Of a DNA stretch of 64,000 nucleotides, positions 1 through 13,000 are shown piece after piece. The stretch's first letter is position 1, and each line of letters opens with the position of its first letter. The translations under genes were made by a program, and so were the position numbers. The DNA comes from Zygnema circumcarinatum SAG 698-1b (lineage: Eukaryota; Plantae; Zygnematophyceae): positions 3,573,909 through 3,637,908 of the forward strand of contig CM074804.1 of assembly GCA_037447605.1 (NCBI GenBank), read 5' to 3'. The notes under the pieces were generated by a model. That model worked only from the letters and a program-made list of their open reading frames with translations, was not told where the DNA came from and made no database searches.

Positions 1-6
1 AAATAC

Positions 7-3000
7 CTTTACAGGACTAGATCGGCTTGCTTTAGACAGATCGGAGCAAGCAAATGCTATAGCTTCCAAACCAGTTTGCATACAAAAGGCATCACCGGAG
101 GCAAAAGAAAATCGCAGCATGTTCCTCACCTCGTGACGAGCTGTGGTGCCTCTTATCGTAACGACCTGACATCATAGACACGACATACCTTCTGTCAGCT
201 GCATAGTCCAGCTTACAGACACAAATAAGCTGATTGGAGCTAACTCTACACAGGACTTGGGCATCTACCTAAGATCACTTTCTGTCACTTTCCCCAAAGA
301 AAGCTCAGAATGCACAGGGGACAGGCCACTCACCAACATCTCGCGGCCTGTCCCGGTCCCTATCCCGATGTTCACGATCCTTACTCCTTTCCTTGTCTCT
401 TTGCTCGCGGCTTCGACCATGTTCTCTATCACCATCGCGCTGTTGCTCTGTGTCTCCTGCCCTCCCTTTCTCTCGGCTCTCCTTCTCTTTAGGACCCTTT
501 TCTATCTCCTTGCTCTGTCCTTGCACCGTTCCTGCCACTTCCTCTACATCTCTCTCAGGTGCCAAACTGGTCTTCGTCATCTCCTCTTCAATAATTTCAG
601 TTGCAGCGGTGAATGGATCCCTCTTAGGTTCAAATGAAGCACCGTCTTTTGCAGGCTCTTCTGTTTCCTTCCCGCCCTGTGGAGCTGTATCTTTCTCCGG
701 CTGGGGGGCCCCTCCCGGGCCATCTGCTGCTGGTTGTGGAGGTGCGTGATGACCATTAGCTGCTGTTTTGGTTGTGTCTCCGATTACCTGAAGACACCAA
801 GCAGAAAATCGCCACACTTAAAACCACCATTGGAGAGACAGTCCTTTTCCACGATACATCCAGTGATCCTTACCTTCACACAACTCCCTAATCACCAAGA
901 CTCGTGTGTCCCTGAGGGGCAGCATTCATTTATAGTGCAGCTCGGCAAAACAGCCCGCCGCTAGGCATTCCTTAAGTGACAACTAAATGGTTCTTTTGAC
1001 CTTGTGGAGGGACTGCCTAACAGTGCAGAAAGACAGCTCACGTTCCTTCACTTAGATATCACTACTTACAAATACGCTACTTTACAAAACAAGCACTGAC
1101 ACTACCACACTTTTCACAAATAGTAAGTGAACCTTAACACCCCTAAAAGTTGCAAAAACTACATTGTTAAGGTGCCAGTACGATCCAGGCCATATGTACA
1201 TAAATCGGAATGATTCTGCAACCTGTCTTGGGTACAGATTTCAGTAAATATTAGCGGAAACACGTAACTCATGCAAACTTCCACCTACAGTACCACTTCC
1301 ATATTCTGATACCACAAAGACAATAATGAGCTTCCGTTAATCTAGCTTCAAAGGTTAGACCTCCAATACTTTTCCACAAATGGACTCACCGGGAGGTCTG
1401 AGGGTGGCTCCCAGGCGCGAGTGGACAACACAAAGGACTTAGTGTCTTTGCCAACCTCCACATACCGCGGCTTAGGTTGCTGATAAAGCTCTGCCAGCAC
1501 ATAGCACACTTCGTCTAAGTCCGATTTTTCAGCATCAAAGGCCAACCACCAAGGTGGATTCTCCGGAAGCGGAATGCGAGCACGCCGGGCTGCAGCATAA
1601 ATGACACCGCAAGCAACCACCTCACTCCTGAAACGGACGCAGAGCGTAGTCCGCAAGCTGCACACATCCATCTTGAACTTAGATTCAAATTCCAAGGCAT
1701 GCAATAATCCATGACTTCCTGATGACGACATCGTACTGAATTTCCGGGTAAAATATTTTAGAGGAAACCCCAAAAGCATTATTTTAAATAATATTCGCAC
1801 CAGCAGCATGCAAAAAGGTTTTCTCCGATGATGATGCGGCAACACCCTTTTCATTGCAGAAACCTCCTCCAAACGTCACATAAGCTGCTAATGCACGTCA
1901 AAAGAAAGAATTTGACTTTTCCTTTTCTCCTCCAGTATTGACCGCTTTAGGAGAAAAAATCAGGAACGAATGGAAACATGAGTATACCAGACAGGACACC
2001 TTGCACCTTGTGGGTTAAGGGATGCACACTAGTGACGTTGTTTCTCCGAGCTGTTTCATTCTTGAATCCCACAGCTCCAGTTCACCGAGTTGGTTTGCAG
2101 ATAGCTCAATAATAGCTACCAGTTATGGTAAAAAATCTAGGAGAATAGTCAGAAGTTTGAATTGCTTCCAGATAGCAGGACGACTTTGCTGTTCATTTCA
2201 TTAGCCAACTTTCAAGATTGGCAGTGGAATCAAACCATTGCTGAAGTAATTATCGAGAGCTGTATCATCCAAGCATAGACATTTTTTTTTTAAATCCATT
2301 ACTTCAAAAAATAATCGTGGTAATTACTCGTAGAAATTAGCCATGTTAACGAGATCACCAGGCATACAAGCCTCGTTCGGACGTCTTCCATTAGCTTTAA
2401 CGTCATTGAACATGCCTCAACATGATATCACACACATGTAAAAAATGTACCTGTCATTTGCAAGGTTCCATGCCTCCTGCTTCACATTACTGTCGCCAAG
2501 GTCCAGCATTTCAAGGTAAAACAAGATGAACTTATGCGGGTGCTCCACATGGCAGACAAATCCCATCTCCTTGAGCAAGTGCCTTTCTGTCCTGATGAGA
2601 TCAGTTTTCATCTCCTCGTATTGCTGCGACAAAACCGACAAGTCAAGCTTATCGAGCGTAAGCAATTGAACACAGATCATGCAACATAATCTTGTCTCGT
2701 TTTGCTCTGACGTTTCACATAAATAAGTCAACAACCTACGCGAAAACGTTTCCATAATGATTGAAATAACGTGACACAACAGTTCAACAGCAAACTTATT
2801 CAGCGCCTAACTTCCAACCGCAGTCTTTCCTCTTCCACGTACTTTAGAAAGGGGCTCCAGAGGCTCCAAGGACAAGCCCTGACGCCGCTGATCAATACGA
2901 TTGAAAACATTCACGACGTCTCGAATCTTTTTGGGATTTTCCTCCAATTTAGCAGCAAGCCATAAACAGCTGGCGGCGACTCTCTGCAAGACACAGTGAC

Positions 3001-3518
3001 ACATAAATAATCAGAATATAGACCTAGATTGGGAAAGGCAATGTCAAAGGGGGCTGCTGGCTTTCAAGAAATATGTCGCAAGGAAGCATTACTTTGCAGT
3101 TAAAACGGGCGAAAGACTTCTTGCAGAAGAAACGTTGAAACAGCACCTGTCCAGTTGCCATGACTGCTTGAGGCCTGCCAACCATAACACAAGGGGAGAT
3201 AAAACCATGTTGCAGATTGCAAGAAGCAAATTTATTACACTGAATTACTTTCCACCACCGGGCCTGCTCGCACAGAATATCAAGGCAAAGCATTGGCTCA
3301 CAGCACGTTCAATTAGCAATTGAAAGCTGAAAGTCCAATTGGCCATGTCTAGCTACTGAAACGTACAGCCTCAACAAGATTCCGGCCTCCTGTATGAGCT
3401 CGCAGCCGTAGACTCGCAGGGTGACTTCAGTCTTCTCATCCACATCATCCTTTCTGCTAGGCGAATTCAAGAGCTGCTCATAAGTCAAGTAAAAGGAATC
3501 AATTGCTGTGTATATCAT
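7..3518 (-). CDS. CYCL1: Cyclin L1-like (cyclin-L/CYCL1;1), 3' end continues beyond window start
   Basis: Spliced exons (-): 3518-3367, 3174-3093, 2983-2843, 2623-2451, 1657-1390, 787-334, 165-130, possibly 29-7; all GT-AG and phase-consistent. Translation has cyclin L motifs MIYTAIDSFYLT..PSRKD, QAVMATGQVLFQRFF, WLAAKLEENPKKIRDV, RTERHLLKEMGFVCHVEHPHKF, NDSLRTTLCVRF, plus an R/D/E/S-rich tail (RDRDRDRPRD). Confidence 0.95.
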
Positions 3519-3581
3519 TGCGCCTGATGAACTTAATGCGAGCAGAATGCAGCCTGCGACCCTCTCCCTCACTTCAGGACA

Positions 3582-3677
3582 CTAACCCTAACCCTAACCT
3601 TCTACGGGCCAGTTCAAGTCTTTCAATGCTGTAGCAGGCAGTGCTTCGAACCCTGACCCTAACCCTAACCCTAACCC
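3582..3677 (+). repeat. Two short (CCCTAA)n telomere-type / telo-box-like tracts in the cyclin L - GPR107 divergent promoter
   Basis: ctaaccctaaccctaacc at 3582-3599 and aaccctgaccctaaccctaaccctaaccc at 3649-3677. Confidence 0.9.
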
Positions 3678-3971
3678 AGCTCCTCTTCAAACGAAGCATG
3701 TCTGTGCTCCAGTTCTGTCTGCGCTGCAGCGGCAGTTACGGGTCGCACGCGCTCTCTTTGTTCCTGCGACTGCGCCGTTGGGCGAACGGTCATGGAGCCT
3801 CTGCCTGCCTGCCAGTCCCCGCGCGGCGCGAGGCTAAAAGCTACAGCGCGCACCGATCGGGCGGGCGGAGAGAGGGGGGGAGGGAGGTAGCGTCGCAGGA
3901 GGGAGGGCGTCTGCTGGAGAGCGTTCTCGGAGCTTGGGCGGGGATGGCCAGGGAATAAGCTAAAGCAAGCC

Positions 3972-5324
3972 ATGGCGGTCTCCGGGCTGCAGCGCAGCAT
4001 AGGGAATGGACTCCTGGTGATGCTGGTTTTTGCCGCTGTCGGAGGAGCGGCGGCAGGCATCAAGGAGTTCCAAGTTGAGAGAAGTAATGAGGATCGGACG
4101 TACTTAGGTTCCTTTGCATTCACGAAGGAGGGGCATGTGAATATCACAGTATCTCACTTGGTGGTATATTCTCCTGAGAAGGTCAGCGGCCCGGACACGT
4201 TTTCTATGGGATTCTTTTTTATCCGCGAGTTCAATGCAAGCAGCAGCCTCCTGGAAAAGTCGTCTCAATGCATTTTAACATCACCGAACGTTTCAAAGCT
4301 ATTCAGTCTGCTGGACATGCAAGGACCTCAGAGTGGGGGAGAGCGTCCTGAGTTCAACTTTCATGCTAATGCCCCTGGTGAAGGCAGTTACAGCTTATAT
4401 TTCGCCAACTGCGAGCCTTCTCGTCTCATTTCAGCAGATGTTAAGGTGGAGTTATACAATGAGGGGGAGTCAGGGACTCGGTATTATCTCCCAGCAGGCA
4501 CCGAAGCCTTCCCTTTCATCCATTTTACTGTGGCAGTTGTCTACCTTGCCATGGGCATCTTATGGTTATGGCATGCAAGGAAATTCTGGTGCCAGCCCGT
4601 TGCAGCGCCACGTGCTTTCCACGTCTGCCTCACATTACTTCTGCTGAGCAATTTGCTGCTGGCAGTCGCTCTCGGAGCGCAGTACACTAAAATTCAAATA
4701 AGTGGCGCTTCTCAGTTCTGGAGCTTTATTGTGAACGTCGTCCTTTGCATACACGGCGCCCTTCTGCTCGCATCGTTTTTCACAGGAATTCTCAAAGTGG
4801 AGCCTTATGCTTCGGAGTTTGAGAGAGGGCTTTTGATGCTGGCTGTTCCAATCTTGATAGCGGCAAACGTAACATTTTTTCTCCTGCCTGATATCAGCAC
4901 GACCACGGTCTGGCGTCCGTGCTTTGCCTTTTTCAGTTCAGTTCTTAGCATCGTGATAGCGTTCGCATGGGGTATTCTAGCCATTCTCGTTCTCCTAGCC
5001 TTCTTGGGTTGGTTCTGTACTTTTTCTTGGAGTGTCAAGGGGCCAAGGCCAGGCAGTTTTTACGATGATAGGGATGTTGACAATCCTTTCAATAGGTTTT
5101 ACGTTCTTGCTACTATGTACATCATGGCAGTTTTAGTTCTGACATATTTTCTAAAGCAGCAGCTCCCGTTCACCTTACAGTGGGCTGCCTACCTTTTCCA
5201 ACAACTAGCTACACTAGCCTTTTACGCGTTTGTTTTACTTAGGTTTAGGCCCCGCACAGAAAAGTCCGTGTATCAGTTGTTTGACGAAACCGATTCTGTA
5301 GACGAGGAGCTGGACAATTTGTAA
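3972..5324 (+). CDS. GPR107/LUSTR (lung seven-transmembrane receptor)-like protein, intronless, 450 aa
   Basis: Single ORF with an N-terminal signal-like hydrophobic segment, a luminal domain with FTKEGHVNITVS, YSLYFANC and YLPAGTEAFP motifs, then about 7 hydrophobic helices and an acidic tail. Divergent from the canonical family in the TM region. Confidence 0.8.
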   Translation: MAVSGLQRSIGNGLLVMLVFAAVGGAAAGIKEFQVERSNEDRTYLGSFAFTKEGHVNITVSHLVVYSPEKVSGPDTFSMGFFFIREFNASSSLLEKSSQCILTSPNVSKLFSLLDMQGPQSGGERPEFNFHANAPGEGSYSLYFANCEPSRLISADVKVELYNEGESGTRYYLPAGTEAFPFIHFTVAVVYLAMGILWLWHARKFWCQPVAAPRAFHVCLTLLLLSNLLLAVALGAQYTKIQISGASQFWSFIVNVVLCIHGALLLASFFTGILKVEPYASEFERGLLMLAVPILIAANVTFFLLPDISTTTVWRPCFAFFSSVLSIVIAFAWGILAILVLLAFLGWFCTFSWSVKGPRPGSFYDDRDVDNPFNRFYVLATMYIMAVLVLTYFLKQQLPFTLQWAAYLFQQLATLAFYAFVLLRFRPRTEKSVYQLFDETDSVDEELDNL

Positions 5325-6538
5325 AACAACTTAGGCGTTACCTTGTGGATGTCATCTGACCGCTGTGTTGCTCACATCCTGTGCCATACAGTTATAGGAC
5401 CTGTGCCGTCATTCGAGTCAGATGGGTTCTTCTATTCATCCAACCGGAGCTATATGAGCTGCCTATAACTGTTCAATCATCCAACCGTGCAATTTAGGGT
5501 GCTGAACGTAGTAGAAATCGGAAGCATACGCCGCAAGTTACTGCTTCAGGTTGTTTTGAGGAGGCGATGTAACAAGCAATTACTTGCGGCTCCCTGCATC
5601 TCTGGCCCAGGCTTGCCGGATGCTGCATTGCACTACTGTCACAGGTTTGCAGTTGTTTCTCCTAACTCGAAAGGTGGACTGTCGCATTTTCAAACGGCCA
5701 GACATAAGACACCCTCATAGATCTGTTGCGTGTGCCTTTCCTTTGACTGGGGGTTTTCGGACTTGGAAAGTTCCAGACTTCTGGAGTTCGACATCAGCAT
5801 GCGCTTTCCCACGAGATAAGTAACACTACGAATAAAAGCTACATCAAAACAAATTTCATATCAACTTTTAAGTCTGAAACCCTGACTGCTAAACTATGGG
5901 CTGAATCGCAGTGGAGGTCGGACTACTTTTGGGTCAAAAAAGCAGGCGAAAGAGAGGCGCAAATTGTAGTCACAGTCATTGTGTTCAACGTTTCATGCAC
6001 ATTTCTTGTTGAGAATCTCGGTTGTTAATTTGAACCACACGTTTAACCTTGAAGTTTGCATCTAATTTTGTAGAGGGACGACCTGCAAGGGCTAATGGCT
6101 CACGTCTAAAAAGTTGTCAAACATTGGAAGCGCTTGCATTATTTTGGCCACTTTACAGATCCACTTCACTTCCATTCGTATACATGACAGGTTGGGGAAC
6201 TCGTGACAAAATTGAAATTCGGGTTCGCTGTGTACACCTGCTTGACCAAAACTATCTCAGCGCTGATCTAGGCTCCAAAATTGTCAGCTGCATCCTGGCC
6301 GCCTGCCTGACGATGCAGCATCGGGAACTTGTAATCGTCTCCAAAACACGCAGAATTGAACTACCTCTCAAGCGAACCATAAACATGATCGCATGCACAT
6401 TCTGCACAAGCTGGTGACGACCCAAACGAAAAATTCTAAGGCCGCTCTCGTTTTGGTGTAAGGGGGTTCATAGAAGAGGGTTCAGTGGCCTTCCAGAAGA
6501 AGTTGGCTCCTGGACTGAGAACAAAAAACGTGGTCATC

Positions 6539-9529
6539 CTACACAGATCGTATGGAAACGGCAGGACTGGAGGGTGAAAGATCGACAGCCGTGCGAAGCG
6601 CGTTAGCCTCCTTCTGCTGCTTCTTTTTTTCCCGTGCAATGCGAGCTGATAGTAGAATACGCTTGATGCCTTCATAGCAGACCAAAAAGACAGCAGAGGC
6701 CGGAACCTGCACATGCAGATCGTCACAGTCAGGCCGCAAACTTGCTTATTGTTCCTTAGAAAGGGGCCAATCAGCAGTCATGTCCCCTCCTTCATATTAA
6801 AAAGCTCGAACAGCCTGTGCTATACTAGTCACGCAATGTAACTTAGAATCACCTGTCATCCATCCTCACCATCATCCATGCTCTAATTTCAGTTCAGCTG
6901 TTGCAGTCTTTCACTATGCATGGCAACGCAGCGAACCCCTTGTCTCTGGAAGCAAGGTTCAAATTATATCCACCTTGTAGAGGAGACGAGGCGCCAACCC
7001 TCTCCCAAAGGCCACAATACCCTGCACCAGTATGGCCAGTTCAGCTCCATTCAGCAGCTACAGTAGCCATTACTTTGCCTTTCACAATATCTCTTTTTAC
7101 ATCACCTCCAATTAGCAACAAAGCTCCCCTCTAATGAATGCCTACCAAGAACAAGCCATACCTCCTCAACCCAAATTTGGTTGAATGTTTGCCTCATGCC
7201 TAAGTACGCTCCACCGCTTGCAATTTGTTGTGTCATGACTCTCGTTTTGACAACATCAATAGGGCTTGTGACAATGCTCGCAATTGCGCCAGACACCTGC
7301 ACCCTCCATAGTCCAGTTTCACGTTCAGTTTATCTATCCATTCATTTAACAACTATTGTGACGGCTGACTTTAGGGCCCTCACGACGTTCATGAGAGTGC
7401 CTTCCGGTATTCCTTCCAGGAAAACGACCTTAATGCAGGCTGAAACTCACAGCTCCCATCCAGAGGTTGCTAAGGATGTATGCTCCTTCGCTCAGTTTCC
7501 CATTATCGCTGCCTTCCCGCTGAGCTGCCTTCTCCTCTAATATGGCTTGCCGTCTCCTCTTCAAAGCTTCAAACACCGTAAATTGCACAGCAGCATAAGG
7601 AATGTCCCGGGAAACCTGTTCACACCAATGAATGAACTCATCAACAAAAGCTAGCCATTGGTTCCGCAATTGATGGCATGTCGTTTGCCCGCTTCCAGGA
7701 AGAATTTTTGAACAACTCGGCTCAGACGCCTCTAGTCAACTTGCTCGCTACGTACTACACAAAGAAATACCTTCCGCGGTAATTCTGCTAACAACACTAT
7801 GTCTGCCACCTACTGCGGGCATTCTCTGACGAAGGTTTACCATTGACGAGTAACCAGTGTAGAAGCCAGCTACACCCTCATCCTTCCAGATGGTTGACGC
7901 AGCTTGGAGCATGTCTCTGCAATCCGGACGGAAATGAGAGTTAGAACTCCTCCAACAAAGTATACAGCATGTAGTTGCTGATATCCTACTTGGCTCCGAC
8001 CCCTCGTTCGATCTTTCACTATCATAAAAGCGATAAGCTCACCTATGAATTCCGGCTTGCACACGCTGCTTGATGACTTCAGGTGGCACGCGAACAACGC
8101 TGGACACTACATTGCCTAATGCTGCTGCGACAATGGGCGCTGTTGGATGCAAAAAACCCAGGTTTTGGTGACGTCTAGCTGCTCTTTCCACTGTATTCTT
8201 GACATGCTCATAGGCGGTGAAAAACACTGCTGACGAAGGAGCCGAAACAACCACTGAGGCTAGAAGGCCACGATAGAGGCTCAAAGTTCCCTTGGTTCTG
8301 ACTAGTCCCACTACACATTCCAAAAGGTTGTTGTACTGTCCTCGGACTTGCTTGGATCCCTGAAGGGAGGACGAGAATGTGGAGCCAGATAAGTAAACGG
8401 CAACGAAAGGATGAGTAGAGTTTGCCAATGGAAACCAAACTTTTTACTGAGCCCAGTCTAAGATAATTATTTTTCGACAATAATGTAAGCTGGTAGATAC
8501 TCTTGCAAGTGCGCAAGGCAAGCTTCTTTCACAAGATATGAAATTTCCACAGCAAATTTTTGATCGTAATGCTTACACGACAGAGGAAAAAAGCACTGAA
8601 AATCACCTGAAGTATTGTTTTGGTAGTGTCAAATGGCTGCAAAATAAGTTTGGATAACAACGATGCCGAAGCCCCTGAGATGAAGTTTTCTGCCCAGGCC
8701 GTAGGGGAAGCAGAAGCTGCAGGGGCTCGCAGTGTGCGAGCTACAAACTGCACCCTTGGTCTCGCTGGAACCGCATTTGAACTAGGCGTAATGGCAAGCG
8801 CTCCTGGCTGTCTCCTAAAGCTTAACCTTTTCTTTGATGGCGTTCTGATCTCAATCCAGCTATGCTCCCTGTCTGACACTCTGGGTTCAAAAGCTCCACT
8901 TATTGGTCCTCCAAGCGCTGCTTCAGCTTCTATGCTACCTGCAAGCTTCGGTCCAGAGAAAACAAGAATAAGTGGCAGGGTTGTGCTGAGGTAACGACTC
9001 TTTGGCATAAGAGGGGCGTGAAAAGAGGGATGCAGGTTGTAGAAGGAAGCTCCTATTGAGTTTCAGCTTCACAAGGCGAGGTAGAAGACTAAATGCCTCC
9101 AACGAGCGAAAAGACAGAAAGCGTGCATAATCATTGCAGATAGGCTCCACTTTGTTCATGGATTGCAACTGGATGAATGTAGCTACTTGTAGTCACCGCC
9201 ACGCCATCTGTGCTTACTCAGTCCTTTCAACAACTGAAACTGCGCGCTATAGCTGCCTTCGTGATTTACTAGGATTGGCTAAATGACCAAAGTGCTTGAA
9301 TCTGATCCAATTAAAATCTCAGAAGTGCTTCCTACCCTTCGTCTCAAAAGTCAAGTATTCCCCGCGACTGCAACACTCGGTGCAAAACGAAATGAGGGCA
9401 AAGGGAAAAGAGTGAGCGCGTACCCGACGGCGCACAGCCTCCACCCGCCCCTCGCAGAGAGCTGCTGTTCATCAGAGCTCTCCCACGGCAAGGCGAGGGG
9501 AAGAGGCCTGCTCCTCCCACCTCCTCCAT
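6539..9529 (-). CDS. Mitochondrial carrier family (SLC25) protein, S-adenosylmethionine-carrier-like, with N-terminal extension
   Basis: Exons (-): 9529-9424, 8938-8607, 8359-8043, 7916-7841, 7615-7451, 7296-7162, 7021-6974, 6706-6539, all GT-AG and in phase. Three Px[D/E]xxK signatures (PFDTTK, PPEVIK, PIDVVK) and RDIPYAAVQF. Confidence 0.9.
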
Positions 9530-10020
9530 GGCCTGCCCCCGCCCCCGCCCCCAGGGGGACTCAGCGGCCGGGCACCTGGTCACTCGACTGTTTCGATGTC
9601 CCCTACAGTCGCTCAATTCAACGCTTGTTCAACGGCGCTAACTGTAACGGAACAAGTTCCAGGTAGCGGCTAGTTTTTTGTCCCTTCGTCCGACGTGGCG
9701 CACGTACTTGCTGCCGCCCATTTGGACTCATCCAGCCAAAACATGCCACGTGCGCATGCGCTCTGGTATGCCACGTGTCTCTCCTAGCATTTGCAAAATG
9801 CAGACGTGTCGCTTCCGCGTTAGCTCCACCGACAACAGTTCTTCATGCAGCGAAGCGTGAAGTTGAACATGAAGCGTGAACTGGAACAGGAACGGGAACG
9901 GAACAGGTCGCCGTTCGGCCTCGAGGAGGGCGAGGCGCAGGCTCTTGTTGCCCTCCGCGGGCCGGCTCCGGCTCAAGCTCGAGCGCGGCGGCCATGGCCA
10001 GGCCCAGGCCCAGGGGGGCC

Positions 10021-13000
10021 ATGGGCGTAGCCGCCGTGGCGGGAGCCGCGCTGGCGGGACTGCTCGCCATCTATGTCGGGGTCTGCGTCCTCTTCATCCG
10101 GAACACAGGACTGAACGAAGTCGTTGTCCCGTTCTCCGCCTCGGACGCAGTCCTCGCAGAGTTCAATGCCAGCTGTCTCTCTGGTAATCATCAGATATTT
10201 GCTGCCTGGTGTCTCCTGGGGGGTTATTATGATGCAAAAAGAGTGGAATTGGATGGATTTCTTTTTTTTTTTTTTACATGCGGGAAGGACTCAGACTGTG
10301 AGACGGAGCCCTACGTGGGCATGTTGCCTTTGTTCTGTAAAGAAAACACACGCATATCCATTTTTTATTACTTTATTTTTTTGCGTACTGGTTGACCTGC
10401 AAAATGCCTTATGTGGCACTATACAAAACACCTTGCCCCGTGCATTCGTCTCCTTTACGAAAATCTCAACTTTCTTGGGCCAGGAATTTCTGGACGCCAG
10501 CTTTTTTGCTTAGCATAAACCTATCTCCTTCTGACTTTTTAATGCTTCTTTCATCTGGAAGTGGCTTCCTGCATGGCACAATCGACATTTTGCATGGGAA
10601 ATTTGAGAGAGTTGCACTGTCATTAAAGCACGTGGCAAGTTACAATTGTGGTAATAGGAAGCAAGTGTAATTGCATCAATGTAGTTAGTAACGTTGACGA
10701 CTAGAGTCATTGAGTGTAGAATGCCGTAGTTTTGTGCTGGACGTGTTAGTGAAACACAAAGGCAGTTGTAAACATGGCGACCTGAAAATCGTTCAGTGGG
10801 CTATGCTTTCATCACCACGTGTCAGAACCATTACAAGGTTTAAGTACAAAGTCTTTACTTGACCGAAGGAAAAGCAATCCACTCTTCTGAAGGAAGTTGA
10901 ATTTGAATTAGCTGCCAGTAAACGCTAAGCACGATGCGCCCTGAACTGAGGGAACATGACGGGCCTCAAGTTTTGAGTTTTAACGTATTATGTGCAAAGT
11001 GAGGACACACGAGAATTTGTGTTCTCACGTTCTTCGGTTGAGACAGCTTGAAAGAGTCTAGAACTCTAATATGGTAGCCACTTGCTTTCGAATTTAAGCC
11101 GGTAACTGGTCTTTGGTCGGATAACCATGCAAATGCTGTTGTGGCAATGTTTGTAGATCTTCAAGATATTCTGGTTTGAATTTCATACTCTCTTTGTATG
11201 CTCCTTTTCTTATGTAATTGCATTGGAATTTGCCTCGCTTGATTCCAGAGGCCTGTCCTGTTCTTGGAGAGGGCTTCTTTTTCGGACTCGCCACAGCTCC
11301 AGCACATGTTGAAGATGATCTGGATGATGCCTGGATTGAATTTGCAACACGAGGTGGTGCAACTGGACCAGAACGAGGGCCAGTGAGTGGTCTCCTTTTG
11401 CTTTCAGAAGACGGTTTGTTTAACTTTTATGGAGGGTTTCGTGTGAATGCTTTGATATGTTGCAAGCATCCAAGAACAGATTGGCAAGTTCGCTCTTAAA
11501 TGACTGCAATGCGGGTCATCAATGTCCTGGATATATCAGCCGCTGATGTTGATGCGGAAGATAATGACCGGTGGAATGCCTTTGAACATACGGTAACCGT
11601 CAGCTGTTCAGTGGTGAGAGGCATAAGGGAAAAGGACAAGGTTTCAATTGCATACAATCATCTTCCTGTTGTTGGTCAGCCGAATGGAAGAAGCAACAGC
11701 ATAGCATTTCGAATTGAATATGGCAACCAATCTTCAATGTGGGGACGCGTGTATCCTACTTACGACTTCCATATTTAAGCTTTATTGTCACTTATTTGTG
11801 TTACTTTTTGTCATCTGCGCATGTGGCTGCTGGATTAAGGATGACCCTATGATTATGTGCAGGTAAGAGCATTTCATGGCCATGCAGTGCCCCATGAACG
11901 GCTGCGCTTCTGGTCTGAGCCTGAAGTCGAGCTGGACTTAGCGAAAGCGACAGGAATTCAAGCTTTCCGGATGGGTGTTGACTGGGGACGGTTGGTCCCT
12001 GTGGAGCCGACAGGTGGCACGCGCTCAGTGGTCAGTTCTTTCACTCCTGAACAGAAGATGCTGGAGAGTATTTTTGTTTCATCGTTCATCCTTAAAGGGG
12101 CCGTTGGAGGGAACTGGGGGCAGGCCTGTGCTGCCATTACTTTCCCTTCAGCAGAACACGTTTCACGTTCAGCAGGAGCTGATTTTTAGCGTTGTTTGTT
12201 CGTTGTTTGGGGGACAGTTGAATATGGATGCTGTGAAGCAGTATCGCGTAATCATGCAGAAGGCGAGAGCGCGCAATCTCCGGCTGATGGTCACTCTCTT
12301 CCACCACTCGATGCCCAAATGGGGACTCGACTGGGGGGGTTGGACGAATCAGAAAATAATTTCGTACTTCGTTGACTTTGCAAGGTCTGGGGTCTGTTCT
12401 TTCAGACTGGATTTAAAATGGGATAGTTTTTTCCAGCCACTAGTTGAATGGAATCAGAGAAAGGTTATTCCTCCCATTGCTCGTCTTTATTCTTGACTCT
12501 CGGAGGTTGAAGTTGACTCGTTCTGCCGCTTTTTTGCTAACTGAATTGGGAGACTCTGAATATGTGGTGATGCAGTGTGGTGAAGGAAGAGTTTGGGGAC
12601 CTGGTGGACTACTGGTGTACCTTTAATGAGCCGACCATCTTTTTGATGCTCACTCACTCTGTGGGGGCGTGGCCGCCGGGAAAGCCGCCTTCATACATCG
12701 CCTCTTTCTTTTCGTTTTTGCCATTTGGAGAATTTATGCGAGCCCAACGCAACATAGGAGAAGCTCACAATCTTGCGTACAAGGTGCTGCGGGAAGGGTG
12801 AGCGCATCATCTCTAGGGCGAGAAAATGCTGTGCTGTGGGAAAAGGTTCTGCTTTATCAGTTCATTTTCTACCCAACATCTAGAATATAGCCTGCGGTCT
12901 TTCTGCCATCCAACTAGAAGGTTTTTGTATCATAGATAGGGGTTTTGTTTTGAGCTCGTTCGAGACCAACTGCAGAGCATTGGCCAATATGTGCAGGAGT

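Noticed and set aside
11500-11778. 92-aa sense-strand ORF inside SFR2 intron 2
   Set aside because: No recognisable motif; its candidate splice sites are out of phase with the flanking exons and SFR2 aligns without it.
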